From: Paraspadella gotoi
Taxonomy: Eukaryota > Animalia > Chaetognatha
NCBI GenBank assembly: GCA_051294375.1
Contig: CM119271.1
Location: 1,743,395 to 1,807,394 of the forward strand
Direction of reading: 5' to 3'
Length of the DNA: 64,000 nucleotides
The notes under the pieces are model-generated. The model had not been told where the DNA came from. It ran no database searches and was given only the letters and a program-made list of their open reading frames with translations. The translations under genes and the position numbers were made by a program. Position 1 is the first letter of the stretch. Every line of letters starts with the position of its first letter. Below are positions 25,438 through 37,583 of the stretch, piece after piece.

Positions 25438-28400
25438 AGTGAGGAAGAGATGGAAAACAGCTATGAAACAGTCTCTTTTAATTCCAAACTTACAAAAACT
25501 TATTGTACATATTTTTTTGAAAAGTTTATAGACTAATCTTTCTATTTCGATTATTTTTAATTTTTGACAATCTTTTTTCAACTGAGAAAGAACATTTTTT
25601 TCAAAGCTAATTTTTGTCAAACTCCCTGTGAGAGAATTTTTCTCCAAACCAAATCTCTTTTCTTAACTCAATGTGAGAGAATTTATCTCTTTCTCAAATC
25701 TCTTTTCCGAACTCACTCGAGAAAGAATTCATGTCCAACCCAAATCTCTTTTCAAACTTACTGTGTAAAAATTTATCTCCTACCCAAATCTCTTTTCGAA
25801 ACTCACTGTAAGAGAGTTGTTGTTGAGCCAAATCTCTTTCAATCTGGTCGTGTACTGAAAAGCGTTGGGGGCGATGTATTGGATTTGGTTGTGGCTGAGG
25901 TTGAGACTCGTCAGATGCCGCAGTCCCTCGAAGGTCGAGTTGGTGATGTTGACGAGCCTGTCGAGGAGAGATCGGAGGATTACGGCGCGTTTAATTCATT
26001 CTAAATAAATTTTAGATTTACTTAATTTAAATTATGGCGTGAGTTAAACTAGCTCACCACGAATACAAAAAATTATGCCATTTTTAAATTCAAAACGCTA
26101 CGAAGAGAAAGTCGAAACACAATGCCATTTAAAAAAACAAAATTAATTTCTTTTTTATTTTCAAATATATTTTTTGCAGCTCTGGCTTTGAAAGTTTATT
26201 TTTACTAATTTTTTTTCATTTATTTATTCTTAGTCGTAAAAATCCGAAAATATAACCCTTTTCGTTTTTGAATTATAAAAAATAACAAAGAAAATCCCGA
26301 CTGATAAACTAGACACCCTAATTTCCCCACACAGCGACACCGCCCACACAACAAAGTCTACGTTGATCGAGTAGTCAACATTTCAAGCCGCGAATCAATA
26401 TTTTCCCCGAGAGAATCTCATCATCAGAGAAAAAAAAGTAAATATTTGCTGAAATTTTTTTTTACTACTGACGCGTGGCCACTGGCGAGGGAGGAAAAGA
26501 AACAGAAAGAGAGAGAAGAAAGGAGGACGAGGAAGAAGAGGAAGACGACGACAACGACAACAACAATCACGATAGACTTCTCCTTTCTTTTCCACCTCCT
26601 AATACCACGGTTCACTAGAACACTTTTCAAGNNNNNNNNNNAACAATCACGATAGACGGTTCACTCGAACACTTTTCAAGCCTTCAAAATTCACATTCCC
26701 TTTTCACCTCACAATTTCACTTCACAATTCCATTTCAAATTCCACTTCCTAATTCCACTCCCAAATTTCCAATTCCACTCCCCAATTTCATTTTCAATTC
26801 AGCTTTTCAATTCCACCTCCCAAGTCTACTCCCCTCATCCTAATGACACTTTCCAATTCTATTTTCAATTACATTACTTGTTTCCACTTGTCAATTCCAC
26901 TCACCACTTCCCAATGACGTTTCTAATTCTATTTTCAATTCCATTTCTCATTTCAACTTCTCAATTATATATTCAAATTCCACTCCTTACCTTTCGTTTC
27001 CACTTTCCAATTCCACTCACCACTTCCCAATGACCTTTCCAATTCCATTTTCAATTCCACTTCTCATTTCCACTTCCATTTTCCACTCACCGCTTCCCAA
27101 TGACGTTCCCAATTCCATTTTCAATCCCACCTCCGAATTCCAATTCCCAATTTCCCTTCCCCCCCTAACTTGTTATGCTCAAAATTGAGATATCTGAGCG
27201 CGGTGAGTCCTCTGAAGGTGCCGGGCTTGATGTCGGAGATGTTGTTCTGGTGGAGATCGAGCACCTCGAGCCGACCCAGATTCTGGAAGTCTTCTTCCTC
27301 GATGAAGTTCATGCGATTCCGGTAGAGACGAATGCAGCGGAGTCCGTCTCGTTGGAACTGTTTGAGATCTGTGGGGAAGAGAGATGGATTGATCACTTCA
27401 TTAATCAATCAATTCATTTATGAATCAATCGATCGATCAATCAATCAATGCATTAGTCGATAAATCGGTCGATCAGTGGATAAATGATTCAATAAATTCA
27501 TAATTTATTCTTTAATCAAATTAATATTTTAATCATAAAAATGTATTCTTTCTTCAATCAATTATTCTATCAATAATTTAATAACTACATATAAAAATAT
27601 ATCTATAGTATAGAAAAATCAATCATTCAAGCTCCCAATAAACCAATAAATCAATCAAATCAGTCAAAGCAATTGACAAACAATGAATCATTGCAGACTT
27701 CATTTCACTTTCAATTGATTGAAAAAAACCAATAAAATTAATATAACCTATTTGTCAATCTGATCAATAATTTAAGCCAATCAAATCTAGTTGGATCAAC
27801 TCACAAACGAGATTGATGAATCCGTAGAGTTCCTTGTGGCCGCACTCGATGACCGTGCCGTTGGGGCTGACCATGCCGTCGCAGGGTCGCGAGAGGCAGC
27901 GGCAGTTGAGTTTCTTCTCATTGTCCTTTTGTCGAATGTCGAAACTCGGAGGACAAAACCGGGGATCACGTTGGTCTGGGGATGGGTTGTGTGGATTGTG
28001 TGCCAGGGGGGGGTTGTGTGGGGGAAGGAAATGTGGGGGAGAAGGTGGAGAGTGGGGAGGTTTCGGTGGAGAAAGTGTGGAGAGATCGGAGGTTGATGGA
28101 GATGGAGTGTGTGGGGGAAGTGTGGAATGTTTGGTGGTTGCGGAGGATGTAGTGTGGGAGGGATGCGTATAAAATTTTGAGTTTGTGGGGGATGGAGAGT
28201 GAAAGGGATGTGTGAAGAGATCGGAGGTTGTGTGGGGAGGGAGTGTGAAATGGATGTGTGAAGAGATCGGAGGTTGTGTGGGGAGGGAGTGTGAGAGTTT
28301 GTAGGTTGTGGAAGATGGAGGGTCAGGGGTTTGTGGAAAGTTTGGAGGTTGTGGTGGAGAGAGTGTGGGAGATGTGCGAGGAGGAGGCACGTTGTATGGA

Positions 28401-29292
28401 AGAGTATGGAAGAGTTTCAGCAGTTGTGGGTTGGGAAGAGAAGAAAAATTTTTTTTATTAAAATTAAGTATTAAAAAAAAGAAGTGGGAGGAAGTCCTTG
28501 AAGTGATTACTGATTAGAACTGAAGTCGATTCAAAATAAAATTTCCTTTTAATCGATCGTTTGAAACAAATTTAGTCGCCGTCAGAGGGATTTGGACGGG
28601 GAAGGAGGATGAAGAGGAAGAGGAAGAGGAGGAGGAGGAGGAGAAAGAAGTGCAGGAGGAGGAAGAACGAATTTGAAAAGACTCTATTCAATTTGAAATG
28701 AAAAAAAAATTAAAGGATGAAAGGAGATTTTGATTCAAACTGAAAAGACTGAATGAATCATGACTGACTGACTGAGTTAGTATGGAACTAAAACGTGTTT
28801 TGATAATTTAATTTTAAAACGAAAGAAATACAAAATAGTTTTTTAAAATAAAATAAACAACTCTTACTTGGATGGTAAGCAGAGACTGGCACCGAAGNNN
28901 NNNNNNNCGACGACGACGACGAAAACGACGAAAGTAAAAAAGTCGAGATTAAAAATCGGAGACGCGAACGACGACGACGACGACGACGACGACGCCGTAA
29001 CCTCGCGAAGACGACGGATCGATGAAGCCGAGATGTCGAAACGACGCCGAAAATACGACGCCGAAACGAGAGGACGACGCCGGTCTCGTCGCCGTTCAAA
29101 TTCGGCGGCGAGCGGCGTCGTCGAAAATAGAATTCGTTGGTCAGAATTTCCTAGCGTTTTCGATCTTTCGATCCAACGACGCCGCTCGATTTCGGCGCCG
29201 CGTCCGATGAACGACGCCGGCGAAAAACGCCGTCGAACGTCGGCGTCTTCTTGGTGCCGGCGTGAGCGGGGCTTTTTAGTCAAAGGTGGCAT
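22783..29292 (-). CDS. Leucine-rich-repeat type I membrane protein (LRRNT + LRRs + LRRCT + TM)
   Basis: Exons: ~29292-28868 (spans an N gap, start uncertain; VSA|YHP looks like a signal cleavage site), 27975-27805 (CPP..CRC..VIEC), 27368-27170, 25957-25807, 25374-25221 (LxxLxLxxN repeats), 24581-24436 (NPWDCSC), 24106-23994, 23808-23681 (TM: GIMIGISVGVPIAAVIICISVFW), 22865-22783. Phases are compatible. Confidence 0.88.
24710..25190. repeat. Intronic minisatellite built on ttcaatgacattaaa (~20/40-bp units)
   Basis: Directly visible degenerate tandem array. Confidence 0.85.
25610..25842. repeat. ~44-bp intronic tandem repeat that includes the exon end and splice donor
   Basis: About five copies of caaatctcttttc-aactcactgtgagagaattt. 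The last copy overlaps the LRR exon 3' end. Confidence 0.75.
26690..27155. repeat. Intronic ttccaattccac-type minisatellite
   Basis: Directly visible; ccactcaccacttcccaatgac recurs three times. Confidence 0.85.
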
Positions 29293-29425
29293 GGTTTTTT
29301 TTTTTGACGCCGGGAAAGAGAGAAACCGGAAGTGGCGATGGGCGTCCCGGCGTCAGGATTTGATCGCGGGACGTTGCGTCATGATTGTGAAGTTTTGTTT
29401 CGCTTGTTTTGGTTTTGTTTTTGTG

Positions 29426-29514
<89 letters not shown>

Positions 29515-30781
29515 GAGAGAGAGAGAGAGAGACGAAGTTGATTGAAGCGGGGTTAAGGTCGTTTTGTTTCCGAGTCGTTTTCGAGAAAAATTAATCCAGC
29601 GAGCGACGAAGGATCCGGAAAAGACCCCAAAAAAGAGTCTTTAGATTGTCCGGATGATTGTCCGGTACGATTGTCCGGCGAAGTCTGATTGTCCGGGAAA
29701 TATTTGATTGTACGTCGGGGGTAGTTGATTGGTTGGCTTTTTTTATATAATCAGGGCGACTTGTCGCGGGTTATTCTGTGGGAGGGAGGGACCGGGGATG
29801 GGAGAGGGAGGGAGAGAGAGAGAGAGAGAGAGGGAGGGAAAAAGAGAGAAAGAGATTGTTTCTACGTAAACCTACAAGATTGAGATTATCGAGTAACCAT
29901 CCTAATTATTTTTAATCAAAATTCTATCTCAACTCAATCAAAAATTTGTCCCTAGATCCGATTAAACCTAAACATGGAACGGAATTTGGATGCACGATAT
30001 TATTAGCCCGATATTAATCAGATTTTAGGCCGAATTAAAAATACTATTTTCTCGAAGGTTCGCTAACACCTTCGTCTCGTGATTGTAAGGATTAGATTTT
30101 CCACAATCGACATTCAATCTCTTCGTTTATATTCGGGATTTTTTTTCACCGTTTTCTTCTTTTAAGGTTTTTTTTCGAATGTGTACTTTCTTTGGTTGAC
30201 TCGAGTTTTTACGTATGTTTGAATAAAATAATTAAAAAACCTTCAATTTATCTCATTTAATCGCGTAACGTCGATCAAAATTCCAAAAGTTACAACATAC
30301 ATACCGATAAAAAATAAAATGTTTAAAGGCGTGTTTTGTGGAAACACGCCATCTATCGTCATCCGTCCAGTACAACCAAGGTGCCGTAAGAGCGAGCATT
30401 CAGTCAATCTACCGAGCGGGCCTGTGTCCGCGCCCCATTGGTGTCAATTTGTCAATGCAAGTACGCGGGACGGGACGTCTCACCCACCTGTAGTGGCGAA
30501 CGACAGTTTTTTTACGGAATTCTGAAACTTGGGAATAATTGAACGTACTCTGTCCTGTCGGTATGTCTCTTAAATTGTAAACTTTCGACAATTTTACTTT
30601 TAGAAATTCATACGTAAAAATATGACAAGTTTCAGCAATCATATTTTATTTTAAAATAATTTTTAATCTTTTACAGAATTTTATTAGCTTAAAAAAACAC
30701 AAAAAACCTGAGGTTGATCTTTAAAGTTAACAGACGAAAATTATATTCAATTCGACAAAATCAAGAGCTTCGCCCTTCGAG

Positions 30782-33700
30782 ATGCTCTTTCTTTTGTTCT
30801 TCCCATTTTTGGTGGCGCCTCTTTCGGCGGCTTTTCCGCCAACCGCCTTTGCGACAAAGGAACAACAGGAAATCGTGGAATTGCACGAGAAGTACAGGGA
30901 CGAAGTGAAGCCGAAACCAAATCATATGGAAAAGGTTTGGGGATTTAATTATAGTTTTAAAAGGTGGCTTTGAAATTGAGCTGGGGCTCAGGGCTTTGGA
31001 CCTGGAGTGACCGCCCCATGTCACTGGCGTGTTTATGCTAACACCATCACACTTAACCAGCGTGACGGTGAGGGGATTGACCAGGAACTCACACGTTCAG
31101 TGTCCAATCTTATTGGACGAGCTGAGTCAAACCAGACTATACTGGAGGCGAATTTAGGATTCGCCATAAATTAATAAATAAAAGTAATAAATAAATAAAT
31201 AAATAAAAAGCCGAATTATGGTTTGGGATACTTTTGTTACCAATTAAACAGACTTGAAAAGTCACAGCTATTTTTTTTCCTCCGGCACAGTTGACTTGGC
31301 ACAGTGTTTGGCAGGAGCGGCCAGGAAGGGCGAACAATTGCCAGTGGGAACACGGAAACCCCGACTCCTCAAGGAAATCGAATACAACAGTTAATTTAGT
31401 TTTAAATGCTTTACGACTAATTTGTTAGAATTCAATATATTATGTGTTCAAAATATTAACAAAGTTTGATTTTATTTTGCAACGAATTTTATTTTACAAG
31501 AGCAGACATGTTTCGGCTCACAATACGAGCCTTCATCAGCGCATATGTTCAAATAAAAATAATAACTACTGGCTAAAGGATTATGAAAATTAAATGTGTT
31601 TAACAAAATTTATGTTTTCCTCTATCGCGGTTCGACGAAAATTAAAAATCACAAAGGACAATCGAACCTTAAGGGGACCCAGTGATAAAAATGATATCAT
31701 AAGCTTAAGGGTCTATCATGAAAGGAATTTGAATGGTGATTGGCATTAATTTTTCTTCGTGCAGGAAAGTAGAGAAAAAAATTTATATCTCCTGTTGAAG
31801 GCGAATAAGGATGAGATAATTATTCGAAAAATTTTCAATTGACCTTTATCTAAATACTGATACCTTCCATTGCCTTACTTCTGCAGGGGAAATAATTTTT
31901 TTACCAATTTTCTATTTTTTATTTTTAAATGTTGAGAGCTGAAATCATTAGTGCAAGCCTTGTTTAATAAAGACTTTGAACAATAATGTTTTCTTCTTCT
32001 TAATGATAGGGGAAGGTAGAAAAAAAAGTCAAAACTCCTTTGTCTCCTAAACATTAATCTTTTTTGATTTTTCATCTCTTCATAATATGGTTTTACAATT
32101 CAGTACTGACTAATCCGCGTCCTTAGATAGTACAACACAGATAAAAGTCGCTCTATTCATTAAAATTTTGGTTATAGACAAACAAAATCGGTTCTAATTA
32201 TACCACTCGTATATATTTCGGATTTTATTTTAACAATTAAATAATTCTTTAAAATATTTATTTGAAACTCTCTTTCTTCTCACGCTCTCGTAAAATGCAA
32301 ACGTATCGAGTACTAGTCCTCTTTGTTCTCCTGTTGAGGACTTGGTCTCATTTTTCGGACCCTCCTTCGGAAGATGAGATTGAGGAGGATCCACGCATAG
32401 TTTTCGTACTGCAGTTGACAAAGCTGGATTTTTCGTTCTTCCTTTTGTTTTCTCTTCTTCGTCTTTTCTTTGTTGCTTTTGTTTTTTTCTTAGCTCTTTT
32501 CTTAGGTGTTTTCTTATTTGTTTATTGTTTTACCAACTCTTCTAAGTGGCAAATATTAAAAATATTATCTGGATGGACTTGGACATATAAAACCAAAATG
32601 GCTTTTATATTGGTTATACTTTTGGCGCGTATACCCCAGCTGGCTTTTAAGTCTTGGGAGGCCTGGAATTCGGGTTCTTGGGAATTTCAAGATTTTGTGG
32701 GTATGATTCACCAGAGCTACCTTTTAAGCTTTCCAATTTTTAAGGATAGGCAGCAGATATGTTGCAGGATTACCATTATTTAAGTGTAAGGCGGATGTTT
32801 CTTGTTATGTCACGGATTGAAAGGTAAATACATAAAAATATAGTTGTAGACAGAAAAAGTAATACTAAATTTAATTGTCAGAAGGAATGCCGTTCCTATC
32901 TGCTTTGGGAGTGAAGTGACAAACAAGAAAGGGTTGTTGCGATTGTTGTACTTTGTTGTATAAATGAGCTAATTGCCTCCTGACTTTTGATAAGCTATAG
33001 TGGGTTAAGACTTTGGTCAATCTTTATTTCATCAAAAAATATATATAAAAACTAACAATAGTTATCTGATTTTAATAATGAAATATGTTGGTAGTTTGGC
33101 TCAATGTCAGATATCTGCTGCTGAAGAGGCTTTGCTCATATATGCGTCGATGGATTAATAACTTTCCAGGAAGTTATTAGATGTTATGGCTCAAACTCTC
33201 TCAGGGTCGCCGCATTGCGTATTCAAAAAAATATACTCATGGCAGCCCAAAAAGATTGTGTAAATTTTTTTTTATAAAACATTTATACACTTTTTAATAA
33301 AGTAATTTAATTTGATTAATTAATTTTTGTTTAATACATTTGTTCCCCTTGTGCTGCAGAGAACCCGGTAGATAGTAACTCTTGCAATGAGTACAATTCA
33401 GAAAAGATAAGTAATTCCAGCCACCAGGATAATAAGAAATCAGGCCGTCCATTAAATGTTCCAACAAAACAAGGACAATACATAAGGAAATCTAAAGGTA
33501 TAGAACTTAATAAAAATCAAGATCATTTTGTTTATTTCATGTCATTTTTAAAGCTTTAAAATTGTGATATAAATCCTTTCTTTTTGTTGTTTGGGACGAT
33601 TAGAGACAGTTTGAGTTTAATTTTGATAACGATTTTATTTTTATGCAAAACAGACATGTTTCAGCTTCATTTCAAGCCTTCATCAACGCTGATGAAGGCT

Positions 33701-35643
33701 TGAAATGAAGCCGAAACATGTCTGTTTTGCATAAAAATAAAATCGTTGTCAAAATTAAGCTCAAACTGTCTCTAAGCTTTAAAATTAAATTAACTGCTTT
33801 AGTACGTTTAATTGATGAATACAACCTCAATTCCCTCACCGACGATGGAAGCAACAGTACTGATTCTGATAAAGATATTGTATAAGATATTGTTTTAAAA
33901 ATAAATCCATGGCATTTGATTCAGCCTTTAAAGAGATGATACTTGCTATCAAATCTCTAATTTTGTCCCAGATCCAGACTACTCCGAAACAAGTTACTCC
34001 AAGTCTGATTCTGAAACAGATAGAAACAGCAGAAGAGGCATCAACACCTGAAGACAAAGATGTACAAGGTACTATTTTACCATGCAGTCTCACTACAGAA
34101 TCCATCCTCCAACATATTTTATTTTTATAATTGTAAATTTAAAAAAGACAAAAGTGAAAATTAAGAGTATATTAACTGTAGTGACGGGAATCAGCATGGA
34201 AAACCTGCTACGCTTATACTACTTCTTTCCGGTGGATAAAGATTGGCAAAAAAGAACAGAGGCAAGTTTTGGAGGGGAACCGCCGTACAAAAATTTTTAC
34301 CATAAATCATCATTGATGGAAGAAATGCAGCATCGATGCCCCACGATGTCAAAAAACGTCAAAGGAGATGGGGCTTGCCTTCCAAGAACAATTAGCCTGA
34401 CGATCTATGAAGATTGGAGATAAGGATAAACACCAAATACTACGAGAAGCCATTGTCGACTTTGTTTTGAAGGACCCTCTTCCGAGCGAGTCGAGACCAA
34501 GATAAAAAGTTTTACGAGAGAATGAAAAGGATGCGCGAACAAAACACTTGGATGGAAACGCTGGAAGTGGAGGCGTTTTCGTATTTGCTTGAAACACCCA
34601 TTTAAACATGTGCTAACATCGAACTAAATGGCTGTTCCAGATTTTTTTGGCAACGCATTCCTTACCCATGCTCTTTCAAGCAAGTGAAGAACAACTGTGT
34701 TATTTATATTTTGAATTCTAATGATCATTTTTATTTAATAATAAAACATTAACTTTTTTCATCTCTGACTTTCTTTCTCCCCCCTTGTCTCTAGCATCAT
34801 TTTATGTCACATTTGCCTTAGAGGCCATTGTTATGCTTATTTTTTTTGTCATCCTCTTTATCATGCTCGCTGCTGCCTTAATATACAGAGTGTCGGCTTT
34901 CAAGAATTAATCTTTAGTATAAAGTTGGAAACAAAAAAGAAATTCTATACTATCTTTACATGAAAAAAAAATGAAACTTAAAACCGAATTTTAAACGAAA
35001 ATCGGCGGAGCTGACAACATCGAATTTTTTGACCACTTTCCCGTTAGACTAGAGAAGAATGAGTTACATTTTTGGAATCGGGGGGAGTTTGAAGGACCAA
35101 ACGTTATGATATCAGCCTCTGACCCCCCCCTTCATCACTGGGTTCCCTTAAAGATGCTGAAATAAATTTATAAAAATAGAATAGAAATGACTAAAAGCAT
35201 CACTTTTGCCATAAAAAAAACCTTCTCTATCTCAATCTTTTAACCAAGCATGTCGATTATCATACTATATATTATCATATTATCATACTCCGCAATATTC
35301 ATGATATATTTTAACTTCAGCGGACTCGGGGAACAAGAAAATCGGGGATGACTCCGTCGGCCAAAACATGTTCATGGGGACGATTGGCTTTTTCGACGGA
35401 CTCAGTGCGACCACAAATTGGAACGACGAAATAGCGGACTTTCACTTTTGCAATAACTCTTGCAACAAGAACAAAGTCTGCGGTCATTTCACGCAGGTCG
35501 GTCTGGCGGGAGGACGTATTTTGTATACAAAATAATAATTGTAAAAGTAAAATCCTGGAATTGCTAACTTTGAACGATTCGTATTTAGTCAAATTATCAA
35601 TTTTCTTCGTTCATATTAAATTTTGATATTTTGTTTAAATTTG

Positions 35644-35674
<31 letters not shown>

Positions 35675-36139
35675 CATACATACATACATACGTATAGTAG
35701 AAATAAAGATTTATGAACAATAAAACGGTTTCCACTTCACGATCTCCCAGGTGGTATGGGCCAAAACGAAGCTGATCGGTTGCGGCACGAAAGATTGCAC
35801 GGACGATTCGCTCTTGACCAACGGAAACACCCTCATCGTCTGCAATTATTTTCCCGCCGGAAATATGAACGGAAGTGAGTTAAAAATATTTAAATTACTT
35901 AATATCATTATTAGTTGAAATGATTTTATTAAACTGTTCCTTCAGATAAACCGTATCAAGCCAAGGATTCCGCAGTCTGTTCCCCGCCGTCGACCACGAC
36001 TCCCGCAGATTCGGACGACAAGCATTTCCCGGAAATGCCACTGATCGGCAGCTCCGGTTCCGTACTTCGCTCAATCGGGAAAGTTTTTCTCTGTCTCTCG
36101 CTTTTCAGTATCGCGGCGCCGAGAGTTGTTTACGGATAG
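30782..36139 (+). CDS. CAP/SCP superfamily protein 1 (GLIPR1/PI16-like; signal peptide, hydrophobic C-terminus)
   Basis: Exons 30782-30934, 31291-~31389, 35321-35496, 35751-35874, 35946-36139. Motifs: HEKYR, CQWEH, GQNMF, W.DE, CGHFTQVVWA, IGCG, VCNYFPAGN. Exon 2 seems to contain small indels. Confidence 0.9.
31460..31545 (-). mobile_element. Penelope-like fragment with minimal hammerhead
   Basis: Minus strand gcgCTGATGAaggctcgtattgtgagccGAAACATGTCtgc. Confidence 0.7.
33600..33775. mobile_element. Penelope-like palindrome (inverted hammerhead pair)
   Basis: Near-perfect inverted arms of ~85 bp. The right arm is CTGATGAaggcttgaaatgaagccGAAACATGTC. Confidence 0.8.
34196..34752 (+). pseudogene. 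Decayed OTU-like cysteine protease ORF inside the transposon
   Basis: Across frameshifts and stops: PVDKDWQ, VKGDGACLPRTIS, HQILREAIVDF, TWMETLEVEAFSYLLETPI, YILNSNDHF. These correspond to the OTU Cys box, W..E motif and His box. Confidence 0.75.
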
Positions 36140-36691
36140 AGACGGAGATGGATAGAGAGAGAGAGAGGTGGATAGAGACTGGGATGGATAGAGGCAGGGA
36201 TGGATAGCTCGACAGGGATGAGAATCTGAAGGGCGCGAAAAGATACAGGATTAAGAATCAAAACATTTAAAAGTAATATTATCTTCACAAATAAACGAAT
36301 ATCTCTTAAACCGATGAAGGGAGTCTTGCTGTCAACCTACGCCGTATACTAAAGGCCGTAAAAGCTCAGGATAAAATCAGTTAAAAATGATTCCGAACTA
36401 TGTAGTGAAAATGGCATTTAAACAAGAGGTTTTTGAAAATATTGTCTTCTTGATTTGACTGAAGGAATAAACATTTAGTATTTCGATACAGTTTACATGT
36501 GTTTCGATTTTTAATGCATGCAGATTGCAGAGGTCGCCTGGGGATATTTTTCTGCAATAATTAGTAGTGGTATTTTATGCAGAATATTGTTCACATTAAT
36601 TTTCGTAAAATAATATGGATTAAAGAAGCAATTGTAATTAGAAATAAGTTGTTTTGTTTCCAATTCAAACAATCAAAAGGCAGAAGTCATA

Positions 36692-36940
36692 TGTATTAGG
36701 ATATTGAAGAGACAGTAATAATTGTTATGTATTAATAATAGAACCGTTCAATGTAAGCAGTCCCTAAGCTTCGGATCAGACTGTAACTCCATGTTACAGG
36801 CGGGTTAAGCGCCCCGTCCCTCTTAACTGTTAGGCGGCCACGGGGCCAGAACCCCGGACCTTTGGGTTGGGAGGCGAATGACTTGCCTCTGGCACCAATG
36901 GCCGCTGATGAACGTTTGGTGGATTTTAGTCCACCATAAT
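36692..36940 (-). mobile_element. tRNA(Gly-like)-derived SINE-like repeat, family 2
   Basis: Minus strand GCGGCCA-TTGGTGCCAGAGG..TCGCCTCCCAA..GGTTCTGGCCCC-GTGGCCGC tRNA-like head; the body matches 59023-59315 and 62469-62677. Confidence 0.75.
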
Positions 36941-37583
36941 ATTTAATCTATGGTTCAAAAAAGAATGTTACAAGATACCGTATACAGTAAAAGTTTTAAT
37001 TCCAGATTGCACTGAAGTCCATAAGATAAACGGTACAGTTCGTGTCCTCCTAAACGGAATCCGTTGGAATAATTACGATCTTCCTGTAAATCCTGTCCAG
37101 ATTTAATTAGGAACTCGTCAACACCGGCCAAAGGGGATGAAACAAAAAATTAAGAAAAAATGTAACAATTAAACACTTTATTTTTTTAGAAATATTTTGT
37201 TACAACGACGAAGATGATAACGACGTCTAAGACAAAGAAAATTAAAAAGACGACAAGTACCAGGGTCAAGAACGTCGTCTGTCCCCCACCTCTCCAATGT
37301 CCACCCACACACGCGAAGAATTTAAGAGAAGATTCCAACTTCCATGATTATGGTTTGAATTCATTCGTGGAACGAAACCAAACAAATTAAGAGCGACTTT
37401 TTTAAACTATTAGTTTTGGTTTTTTGTATTTTTTTGTTTTTTTGTTTTTTTGAGAGAGAGAGAGAGACAGAGATATCGAAAGTATAAAAAAAGGGGGCGT
37501 TGAAAAAAAAATGATTAAAATCTAAAAATATTTTTTTTATATTCTAATCTGTAGTTATCTGTACAATGTATATTTATATCCGG

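Larger units (their letters stand above)
31673..35147. mobile_element. Kolobok-like DNA transposon (TTAA TSD, GG..CC termini), decayed
   Basis: TTAA at 31669-31672 and 35148-35151. TIRs GGGGACCCAGTGAT / GGGAACCCAGTGAT, plus subterminal inverted tgatatcataa. Purine termini fit Kolobok rather than piggyBac. No transposase recognised. Confidence 0.75.

Noticed and set aside
32262-32783. 173-aa hydrophobic plus-strand ORF as a membrane protein
   Set aside because: It is the antisense shadow of a decayed Lys/Arg-rich ORF inside the transposon.
31669-35151. piggyBac assignment for the TTAA-flanked element
   Set aside because: The termini begin GG rather than the CC/YY typical of piggyBac.
36895-36945. 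Hammerhead ribozyme at gctgatgaacg
   Set aside because: No GAAA after a stem II; it is the antisense of the family 2 SINE leader.
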